25,685 nucleotides of DNA, from the NCBI GenBank assembly GCA_964533385.1, contig CAZHLO010000001.1, positions 1 to 25,685 of the forward strand, written 5' to 3'. Shown here piece by piece: positions 18,525 to 25,661 of this stretch (positions are counted from its first letter, which is position 1; each line of letters opens with the position of its first letter). The position numbers and the translations under genes were made by a program. The stretch is from an uncultured Dehalococcoidales bacterium. GTDB taxonomy: Bacteria; Chloroflexota; Dehalococcoidia; Dehalococcoidales; BS750m-G39. A model generated the notes under the pieces. That model made no database searches. It saw only the letters and a list, made by a program, of their open reading frames with translations, and was not told the origin of the DNA.

Positions 18525-18552
18525 CTTCGGGGGCGGTTACCCGCCCCCGAAG
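18525..18552 (-). terminator. GC-rich hairpin after the substrate-binding gene
   Basis: Perfect 12-bp stem CTTCGGGGGCGG/CCGCCCCCGAAG with a GTAA loop on the minus strand. No immediate U-tract follows. Confidence 0.55.
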
Positions 18553-18583
18553 ACTGTACTTTACTTGGACCCCTTTTCTTGGT

Positions 18584-20188
18584 CTATTCCGGGTGCTTAA
18601 CTCCGCAGGCAGCGTCCCACCAGAACATGTGTGGATTAACGGTAAATTCGCCTATATTGTCGCTGACGATAATCAGGGGTAAGACATAGGCGACGCCGAA
18701 GCTGGTGTACAGCTCCTTGGCGGCTCTCTGCCATTCGGTGTACAGCTCCTTGGCTCTAACGGGGTCAAGTTCCACTATGTATTCATCAAAGAGCGCGTCA
18801 ACAGCCGGGTCAGCTGTTGCCACATGTACACCGTAGGAGGTGTACATATTTCGGCAGTAGTAGGTGCCGTTAAAGGCGGCGCCAGTCCATGACCATATCC
18901 AGCCGACATTGGGTGCATCTGGTGCACAACCTTGCGGCATGAACATATAGCCGAAAAACACACCCATTTCGACGATCTCTATCTTTACCTGGAGGCCGAC
19001 TTCACTCCAGTAGCCCTCCAGTGCCTGGAACAATTCAACACCGGGTCCTACAGTTACCATGGCGTGGATTGTCGGGTCTGCAAAGGCATCGGGATAGCCT
19101 GCTTCCTCCATTAGGCTCATCGCCAGTTCGGGGTCGTACGGATCCGGCGCTATCAGGTCATCGGTCACGCCGTAACCTCCGGGAATGAGGAAGAACCGGC
19201 CGCCCGGCTCTGCATCCCCCCGCCAATAGGTCGCGCAGAGCTCCTCGCGGTTAATAGCGTAGGAAAGAGCCTTGCGGATACGGATATCGTGTATCGGTCC
19301 GGCTGTTTCGTAATGGGGTGCTACGAAAGCGAGGATAAATGGCGAAGGCATACCTTGCATGCGTGTTTGGTAGCCTTCTGCTTCCAGCTCCTTACGCCTA
19401 TCCGTGGTGAGGCCGAAGGGGATATCTATCTCGCCCCGCTTGAGCATGGCGACCTGGGTTGCCTCTTCGGGGACCTGAAGCTCTACCAGATATTGAAACG
19501 CTGGTATGTGTTCCGGTCTCCAGTAATCCGTATTTGCTTCCACCTTGAAACTTATCTCGGGAACATGCTCCACGAACTTCCAGGGTCCGGAGCCAATGGG
19601 ATGAGCGAAAAATTGCTCCTCTCCGACTGCATCAAAGGCGTTCTTGCACAGGATGCGCACCCAGCAGAACGAGTCGACCAGTGGCGGCTCGGGGTTTTTG
19701 GTTACGAACTCGAAAGTATAATCATCCACGACTCTCATGGAAGCCAGGTTATCGCGCAGTCCGGGAGACCATGGATTCTTGGATTCTGCAGAGGTGAACC
19801 TTTCCATGGTGAATAATACGTCATGAGCGGTGACCGGGTCACCGTTGTGGAATTTCATGCCATGGCGGATATGGAACGTCCAGGTAACACCATCGTCAGC
19901 TAAATCCCAGGATTCGGCTACTTCGCCGACGTAGTTCCCATATTGGTCAAAGGCAATCAGGGAGTCGCAATAATACCAACTCCAGGTGGATTCAAATAGG
20001 GTGGGGTCGGTGGCTTCGACACCAAAATCGACCACAGCGACAGTTATCGTACCATAGGGGGCGACCGCGGTGGGTGATGTCGGTGGTGTTGTCGGCGGTG
20101 TTGTTGTTTCCTCCTCCACCGCACAACCGCTGAGACATATCCCGGCGATTAGAATAATCGCTAAAGGAATTAATAAAAACTTCTTCAC
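18584..20188 (-). CDS. Family-5 (OppA/DppA-like) substrate-binding lipoprotein
   Basis: Signal peptide with lipobox LSGC, Pro/Thr linker, AESW...TWTFHIRHGMKFHNGDPVTAHDV, PIGSGPW, IRKALSYAINRE. Start GTG 20188; alternative ATG 20221. Confidence 0.93.
   Translation of the reverse strand: MKKFLLIPLAIILIAGICLSGCAVEEETTTPPTTPPTSPTAVAPYGTITVAVVDFGVEATDPTLFESTWSWYYCDSLIAFDQYGNYVGEVAESWDLADDGVTWTFHIRHGMKFHNGDPVTAHDVLFTMERFTSAESKNPWSPGLRDNLASMRVVDDYTFEFVTKNPEPPLVDSFCWVRILCKNAFDAVGEEQFFAHPIGSGPWKFVEHVPEISFKVEANTDYWRPEHIPAFQYLVELQVPEEATQVAMLKRGEIDIPFGLTTDRRKELEAEGYQTRMQGMPSPFILAFVAPHYETAGPIHDIRIRKALSYAINREELCATYWRGDAEPGGRFFLIPGGYGVTDDLIAPDPYDPELAMSLMEEAGYPDAFADPTIHAMVTVGPGVELFQALEGYWSEVGLQVKIEIVEMGVFFGYMFMPQGCAPDAPNVGWIWSWTGAAFNGTYYCRNMYTSYGVHVATADPAVDALFDEYIVELDPVRAKELYTEWQRAAKELYTSFGVAYVLPLIIVSDNIGEFTVNPHMFWWDAACGVKHPE
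20079..20102. repeat. 12-bp tandem repeat encoding the Thr/Pro linker (TTPP x2)
   Basis: GTCGGTGGTGTT GTCGGCGGTGTT, 11/12 identical. Confidence 0.6.
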
Positions 20189-20287
20189 CGTTAAATTGTA
20201 CCTCCTTCGTAGATTATCCATAGACTATTTCACCCCTATGTCATAGTCTACCTCCTTTCTTTTTAAAGGTTATTTTAAGTGATTTTA

Positions 20288-20315
20288 ATTATACTCCCAT
20301 TATTAAACTTGTCAA
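20288..20315 (-). promoter_or_regulatory. Consensus sigma70 promoter for the substrate-binding gene
   Basis: TTGACA - 16 nt - TATAAT, both boxes perfect. Confidence 0.7.
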
Positions 20316-20417
20316 TATGGATTTCGCTGCCGACTTACATATTCGATAGGTGTAACTTGCTTGAAACGAAGCCCCCTCGCCTAGACATTCGTGTGGCGGT
20401 AGTATGCTACTGCCAAG

Positions 20418-21041
20418 CTAAAGTTCCCGTCTTCTTGATTGAAGCCAAGCGAGGAGTTTTACCTTAATCCTGGGAACGGTCCTTAGCTCGTCAAAATGTT
20501 TTATTACCAGGAGTGTGAGTACGCACAGCATAAATAGCGCTTCCCACGAGCTTCCCCTTGTAGCTAGTAGATAGGCCAGTGAGCCTGTCGCACCGAATAT
20601 TACCGTCCAGGCATTGATTTCTATAAAAAGAAACCCCAGGAACATAAAGGTGGCAAATGTAATTAGCATGTCGTGTTGCGGCAGGGCTGCGAGGGCACCA
20701 AAGGTGACGGCTATTGCCTTCCCCCCTTTTAGCTGAAGTAGCGGAGAGAAGGCGTGTCCTAATATAGCACTCAGGGCTACTCCCATAACGGCTGCCTCAG
20801 GGAGCTTAAAAAATGAATGTGCCAGGAAGACAAAGGGTATCCCCTTGGCTGTGTCCAAAATCACCGCCAGAAAACCTGACTTACGACCTCTGGCTCGGAA
20901 GACATTGGCTGCCCCGGGATTACCGTCTCCATAATCTCTTATGTCTTTACCTAAGACCCACCGACCAATCCACACCGAAAATGGACAGGCACCCAGCCCA
21001 AAAGCGGACAAGACTGATAGCGTGAAATAGGATACTTCCAC
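20418..21041 (-). CDS. plsY: Glycerol-3-phosphate acyltransferase PlsY family
   Basis: G..PFS, DIRDYGDGNPGAANV, D..KG, GHAFSP, GGKAIA; multiple hydrophobic segments. Confidence 0.85.
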   Translation of the reverse strand: MEVSYFTLSVLSAFGLGACPFSVWIGRWVLGKDIRDYGDGNPGAANVFRARGRKSGFLAVILDTAKGIPFVFLAHSFFKLPEAAVMGVALSAILGHAFSPLLQLKGGKAIAVTFGALAALPQHDMLITFATFMFLGFLFIEINAWTVIFGATGSLAYLLATRGSSWEALFMLCVLTLLVIKHFDELRTVPRIKVKLLAWLQSRRREL

Positions 21042-21094
21042 TATACTGATAATCCTAGCTGGTTTTGTGGTGATACCTAGAGTGTCTTGGCATT

Positions 21095-21123
21095 AGGATA
21101 AACCATCGCTTTGTTGTCGTCAA
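21095..21123 (-). promoter_or_regulatory. Putative promoter for plsY
   Basis: TTGACG - 17 nt - TATCCT. Confidence 0.45.
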
Positions 21124-21130
21124 GAGCGTG

Positions 21131-21709
21131 CTAACGCCGAGTGTAGGAATACCGTTCCCTCCTTCGGAAGAAGTAGCCGGCTACTAAGCCGAGAACTAGA
21201 CCGCCAAGGTGAGCCTGCCAGGCTACATTTGGGAAAAAGGAGAGTATAATGAAACCACCAATAACCGCCACCCAGAGGGGAAGCGGGGCTGGTATGGGAA
21301 TAACAAACACTCTCAATCTTGGTCTCATCACCGCGAGTACTCCCCCCAGGGCAAAGATGGCTCCTGAGGCACCTATAGCTATGGAATATGGTGATGGTGC
21401 TAGAAGGAGATAGAGAATGTTCCCCAATATGCCTCCGCAGAAGTAAACTATGAGGAATTTTTTCGCCCCAAGCAATGTGCACAGGTAGCTTCCGAAGAAG
21501 TAAAGAGTTAACATGTTGGCTAAAATGTGCCATATACTGGCGTGGATAAAGAGGTTGGTCACTATGGTCCACGGCCAGTCCCAAAAGCTTGCTGGCGCTA
21601 AGCCAAGACGCAGGATAAGGTCTTGCTCTATAAGGGTGGCAATGAATAGTAGCAGGTTTATAGCTATAAGAAGCCATAGGGCGGTTAACTTGGAACCTCG
21701 ATATGCCAT
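21131..21709 (-). CDS. Rhomboid family intramembrane serine protease
   Basis: W...T.LFIHASIWHILANM, catalytic GASG, AWQAHLGG. Confidence 0.93.
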   Translation of the reverse strand: MAYRGSKLTALWLLIAINLLLFIATLIEQDLILRLGLAPASFWDWPWTIVTNLFIHASIWHILANMLTLYFFGSYLCTLLGAKKFLIVYFCGGILGNILYLLLAPSPYSIAIGASGAIFALGGVLAVMRPRLRVFVIPIPAPLPLWVAVIGGFIILSFFPNVAWQAHLGGLVLGLVAGYFFRRRERYSYTRR

Positions 21710-21840
21710 TACCTTGCTATCGCTGATGCTTGGGGGGATTTAGACCAGTCTATTATCGCATAAAATAGCCCTGAATGGCTAGTCTTAGGCGTTGACTTAT
21801 GCCTTCTTTATCCCTTTGAGGCTAATTTTATCGTCTGATG

Positions 21841-21870
21841 TTGACAAAAGGCACATAAATGGCATATTAT
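21841..21870 (+). promoter_or_regulatory. Promoter for the CPBP gene
   Basis: TTGACA - 18 nt - TATTAT, 8 nt before ATG 21879. Confidence 0.55.
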
Positions 21871-21878
21871 ATGGCTAA

Positions 21879-22742
21879 ATGGCAAGTAAACTCCAATGCC
21901 AAAGTGCCACGATGCCAAAGTGCCCTAACTGTGGTCGGGAGACTGAGAAAATCAAGGAACTAGCTTGCCAGTGGTGTGGTTACCCCCTAATAACGAGGGA
22001 TTATCACTGGGGAGCTATAATTTACCTGCTAGCTATCACCATAGCCGAGACGGTTACCGTTTTCTTTGCCCCTCTATGGGGGATAATTAGCCACATTATC
22101 CTATTAGTTGCCTTAATATTGCACTCAGCTTTAGCCAGTGAGCATCGCTATCAGCAGCTAGTCCTGTCTCTGGCTCTGGTTCCTTTAGTGCGAATAATGA
22201 GCCTATCTATGCCCCTGTCTGGTATTCCCCAGATTTGGTGGTATCCTATCATCTATACTCCGCTATTAGCAGCAGCAATAGCGGTAATTCGCTTCACGGG
22301 CTATAGGGCAGCAGATGTTGGGCTTACTGTCAGGTTGCTCCCGGTCCAGCTAGTAGTAGCTTTGACGGGGGTTTTGTTTGGGGTGGTGGAATACTTTATC
22401 TTGGGCCCAGAGGCTATAGCGACTGAATTTACCTGGCAGGAGATATGGCTGCCGGCGTTATTATTCCTGCTATGCACTGGATTTGTGGAGGAGTTCATCT
22501 TTCGTGGGGTGCTCCAGCGAACGGCACTGGGGGCATTTGGAGGCTGGGGGATAGTCTATGTCAGCCTACTATTTGCTATCTTGCACATGGGCTTCCTCTC
22601 CTGGATTGATGTTGCCTTTGTTTTTGTTGTTGCCCTGTTCTTTGGCTGGGTGGTAAAAGAAACAGGGTCACTGCTTGGAGTGACCCTGGCTCATGGCATA
22701 ACTAATATAGTGTTATATCTGGTACTTCCCTTCTTCCTCTAG
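21879..22742 (+). CDS. CPBP (CAAX protease/Abi) intramembrane metalloprotease with N-terminal zinc ribbon
   Basis: FVEEFIFRG, FAILH and HGITN motifs; N-terminal CPNC-x10-CQWC. Alternative start ATG 21912. Confidence 0.9.
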   Translation: MASKLQCQSATMPKCPNCGRETEKIKELACQWCGYPLITRDYHWGAIIYLLAITIAETVTVFFAPLWGIISHIILLVALILHSALASEHRYQQLVLSLALVPLVRIMSLSMPLSGIPQIWWYPIIYTPLLAAAIAVIRFTGYRAADVGLTVRLLPVQLVVALTGVLFGVVEYFILGPEAIATEFTWQEIWLPALLFLLCTGFVEEFIFRGVLQRTALGAFGGWGIVYVSLLFAILHMGFLSWIDVAFVFVVALFFGWVVKETGSLLGVTLAHGITNIVLYLVLPFFL

Positions 22743-22987
22743 GCTAGCACCTCGGCAATTTTTACCCCAACCACGACAGCAAATGCTATCAACAGTGGGA
22801 TAATACCTACGCTGAGATATCGGCTAAGACGCGTGGATGTGCTGCTTCCAACCGAGCTAGCCAACTCTTTAGTAGATAAAAAGAGTATCAAAGTAACCAC
22901 AGCAGCAATACTTATCGTGGCAGTCAAACCTAGGGCTGCTATAGTGGTGATAGTGGTAATAGTAGTAACGGTAACAGTAGAAATCAA
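22739..22987 (-). CDS. Small two-TM membrane protein with Thr-rich N-terminus (82 aa)
   Basis: Strong SD AGGAGGT 5 nt before TTG 22987. Sequence MISTVTVTTITTITTIAALG..., two hydrophobic segments, and its own upstream promoter. Confidence 0.75.
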   Translation of the reverse strand: MISTVTVTTITTITTIAALGLTATISIAAVVTLILFLSTKELASSVGSSTSTRLSRYLSVGIIPLLIAFAVVVGVKIAEVLA

Positions 22988-23135
22988 GTTATACCTCCTA
23001 TCTCTGCAGCTTACATCAAGAAGTATAGCATAAAGTACCAGTGTTGTCAATAGTCCATTTAGGGGACAACCTGTACCTTCTAACCCGTGACTTACGCTTG
23101 TTTTTCTATCTTAATGTCCAGTCTCTTGTCAATTT

Positions 23136-23164
23136 ATCTTAGCACAATTGAGGACATTTGTCAA
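23136..23164 (-). promoter_or_regulatory. Promoter for the small membrane protein
   Basis: TTGACA - 17 nt - TAAGAT with an extended TG. Confidence 0.55.
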
Positions 23165-23229
23165 TAGATCTGCTTCCTTCTTGGCATTAAGAAGCCTTAT
23201 TGATGCCACTATCAAACGGGGGAAGATGT

Positions 23230-23685
23230 TTAGAGGTTTATTATTTCTCCTCTAATCTGTTTGCCGACGGTTAAGATGCCAAAGGAATTTCTTGCCTGAC
23301 CCGGGTTAAAGAAAAGGATACCCTTCTTTACCTCGTTCTGGGAATAGTGGGAATGACCATAAACAATAACATCAACGTCCTCAAACATCTTCCCTACCCT
23401 ATCATCTATGCCATAGGGGCTGCCCCAGCCATGAATAATCCCAATTCTCCTCCCCTCTATTACCAGTAACTCCTTTTCCGGGAGAATCCGCTTGAGCTCG
23501 TCTGAATCCATGTTACCCTGCACTGCTTTTACCTCCCCCAGCCGCCTCAACCCACTAAGCACATCTTTAGTCACGAAATCTCCAGCATGGATTATCAGGT
23601 CTACCTCAGCCAAGGCAAGCAGTATCTGGTCAGGAACTTGAGTAAAGGAAGTGGCATGGGTATCAGCGACTACTCCTAATTTCAT
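23230..23685 (-). CDS. Metallophosphoesterase, YfcE/MJ0936 family
   Basis: ADTH, HAGD, GNMD, HG, GHSH and NPG motifs. ATGA overlap with the macrodomain gene. Confidence 0.93.
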   Translation of the reverse strand: MKLGVVADTHATSFTQVPDQILLALAEVDLIIHAGDFVTKDVLSGLRRLGEVKAVQGNMDSDELKRILPEKELLVIEGRRIGIIHGWGSPYGIDDRVGKMFEDVDVIVYGHSHYSQNEVKKGILFFNPGQARNSFGILTVGKQIRGEIINL

Positions 23686-24242
23686 ACTACTTCCTCAAGA
23701 GCAGCGGCATAAGCTTCATAGGTTACGGAGTCAAAGAGCACGAATACCACTTCTTTAAGCGAGGTGACCTGCTCTGTGAGAAATGAAGCCACTGCTTTAA
23801 TTGCCACCCTTGCTGCCTTGGCCACCGGGTAGCCATAAGCACCAGTGCTGATTGAGGGGAAGGAGAGGCTGGTTAGATTATGTTTGACTGCCAGTTTGAG
23901 GCTCTCTCGGTAAGCACTTTCCAATAGCTCAGCTTCACCCTTATTTCCGCCGTGCCAGATAGGACCAACGGTATGAATCACATGTTTTGTCGGCAAATTC
24001 CCTCCGGTGGTGATAACAGCCTTGCCTGCGGGCAAACGTCCTTTCTTAGCTACAATTTGCTTACACTCCTCCAGGATAGCTGGACCTCCAGCTCGATGAA
24101 TGGCGCCATCAACACCTCCTCCACCCATTAGCCCTGGGTTGGCGGCATTAACTATGGCATCCGTAGTCTGTCTGATAATATCTCCCTGGATAATGGCTAA
24201 CCTTGTTTGATTAACCATCACTTCTCTGGCTTGTCTCTCCAT
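23682..24242 (-). CDS. Macrodomain protein (O-acetyl-ADP-ribose deacetylase / mono-ADP-ribosylhydrolase, YmdB-like)
   Basis: QGDI, AIVNAAN..LMGGGGVDGAIHRAGG, IHTVGP, FPSISTGAYGYP. Confidence 0.95.
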   Translation of the reverse strand: MERQAREVMVNQTRLAIIQGDIIRQTTDAIVNAANPGLMGGGGVDGAIHRAGGPAILEECKQIVAKKGRLPAGKAVITTGGNLPTKHVIHTVGPIWHGGNKGEAELLESAYRESLKLAVKHNLTSLSFPSISTGAYGYPVAKAARVAIKAVASFLTEQVTSLKEVVFVLFDSVTYEAYAAALEEVV

Positions 24243-24318
24243 CTCTTCACCTCTTATATTTCAATTTATAATTATAATAGTGGGCATGGGGAAGAGTCCA
24301 GACAGGTTTTGAGCCAAG

Positions 24319-24347
24319 TTGCACTGAAGCTTGGGATTTGTTAAACT
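24319..24347 (+). promoter_or_regulatory. Promoter for tRNA-Lys
   Basis: TTGCAC - 17 nt - TAAACT with an extended TG. Confidence 0.55.
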
Positions 24348-24360
24348 GACTTAAACGAAC

Positions 24361-24436
24361 GGGCCGTTAGCTCAGTTGGCAGAGCACCTGACTTTTAATC
24401 AGGTGGTCGCAGGTTCGAGACCTGCACGGCTCACCA
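24361..24436 (+). tRNA. tRNA-Lys (anticodon TTT), CCA encoded
   Basis: Acceptor stem GGGCCGT/ACGGCTC + ACCA, anticodon stem CCTGA/TCAGG with loop CT-TTT-AA, T-arm GCAGG-TTCGAGA-CCTGC. Confidence 0.97.
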
Positions 24437-24453
24437 GAGCTTATTCTGAATCT

Positions 24454-24478
24454 GAAACCGCTCAAAATGAGCGGTTTC
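24454..24478 (+). terminator. Hairpin/terminator after tRNA-Lys
   Basis: Perfect 11-bp stem GAAACCGCTCA-AAA-TGAGCGGTTTC. Confidence 0.6.
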
Positions 24479-24713
24479 TCCATTTTGCCGGCAGATTTCG
24501 ACACCCAGACTCATCATCACCCTGGGGTCACATCAGGCTCACAAATACATCAATGCTAGGTCACTCATTTTTGACCTGGTAAAGGAAGGGAGCCTAAAAG
24601 TGATATAGAGGAAGCTTGGATTGTTTAGCCACATACATAGAAATAATTCCTCCTTTTACGGTTGTAGACCATATACTCTGTTCTAATCCTGTGCTTTCAT
24701 GCAGAGGGCTGAA

Positions 24714-25445
24714 ATGAAGTTATGTGTTGTCTTTCCGGCTAGAAATGAGGCCAAGACTATAGCCCAGTGTGTTGAAATCGCCCGGAAAAGTAAATATGAG
24801 CCGGAGATACTGGTGGTCGACGGTAACTCATCGGATAAAACTAAGGCAGAGGCTAAGAGTGCTGGTGCCATAGTGATAAAGCAGAGCCGAGGTATCTTCC
24901 CAGCTAAAGGTGTAGCCATAAAAGACGGGCTGAAGGAGGCCTTTAGCCGAGGGGCAGATTACATCACGTTTCTTGATGCCGATATTGTCAATCTGACGCC
25001 GGAATGGGTCGACCTGCTAGCCGAGCCCGTGATTGAAAAAGCCTGTGATATGTCCCGGGGTTATTACCGCAGAGCCGAATATGACGGTGCTGTTACCAAG
25101 CTGGTGGCCAAGCCGCTGGCCTGGGTCTTCTTCCCTGAGATTGCTTATTTTGAACAGCCTCTTTCTGGCGAAATATGTGGCACTGCTGAACTCTTCAAGG
25201 ACCTGTTTAAGAGCCGAGACTGGCCTGATGGCTGGGGTATAGATATCTGGTTGTTAATAGAAGCTGCCATGAAGAACTACGATATTGTTGAGGTATATTT
25301 GGGAACCAAAGTACACACCTCCAGGCAGGATTACCAGAGAGATGTAATCAGACTGTCTAAGATGGCAGAACAGGTATCACTGACCACTTTCCAAGAAGCG
25401 ATAAAATACAAACGAGTAGAGAATCTAAAAACGCTGCGCTTGTAG
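24714..25445 (+). CDS. GT-A glycosyltransferase, glucosyl-3-phosphoglycerate synthase (GpgS)-like
   Basis: PARNEAKTI, VVDGNSSD.T, KG.A, DxD motif FLDADI, GAVTKLVAKPL, QPLSGE, GWGIDI.LLI, H in TKVH. SD AGAGGG before ATG 24714. Confidence 0.85.
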   Translation: MKLCVVFPARNEAKTIAQCVEIARKSKYEPEILVVDGNSSDKTKAEAKSAGAIVIKQSRGIFPAKGVAIKDGLKEAFSRGADYITFLDADIVNLTPEWVDLLAEPVIEKACDMSRGYYRRAEYDGAVTKLVAKPLAWVFFPEIAYFEQPLSGEICGTAELFKDLFKSRDWPDGWGIDIWLLIEAAMKNYDIVEVYLGTKVHTSRQDYQRDVIRLSKMAEQVSLTTFQEAIKYKRVENLKTLRL

Positions 25446-25605
25446 CCGCTCAAATCCCCCTTATTAAATAAGTCTTACTGGACGAAAAGCCCCGGTTATT
25501 AAAAATGAAATACAGCAAGATTGTCTGCACCCCAAGCTAGTTGGATGAGCCGTTGGAGAAGGATGAATTTGAATAAAGATTCCTTGAAGCAGGGCCTTTA
25601 ACGAT

Positions 25606-25614
25606 GTTATAATG
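25606..25614 (+). promoter_or_regulatory. Extended -10 promoter for the next gene
   Basis: TGTTATAAT, upstream of SD GGAGGAG and ATG 25662. Confidence 0.5.
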
Positions 25615-25661
25615 ATATATTAGTCTGCGAGGGGGGGTGGTGCTTGCGATGGGAGGAGAAA

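Noticed and set aside
19289-19816. 175-aa plus-strand ORF inside the SBP gene
   Set aside because: Antisense shadow, expected with GC-rich third positions.
20395-20414. Hairpin GGCGGTAG-TATG-CTACTGCC after plsY
   Set aside because: It pairs fully only on the plus strand (G-U). On the plsY strand it has a mismatch and no U-tract, so it is not called a terminator.
20320-20417. Searched for an att duplication of the tRNA-Arg 3' end at the far side of the Opp cassette
   Set aside because: No matching repeat found by eye and no integrase, so no mobile element is called.
21120-21677. 185-aa same-strand alternative-frame ORF over the rhomboid gene
   Set aside because: The rhomboid frame has all catalytic motifs. 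This frame is low-complexity Ser/Pro/Arg with no start signal.
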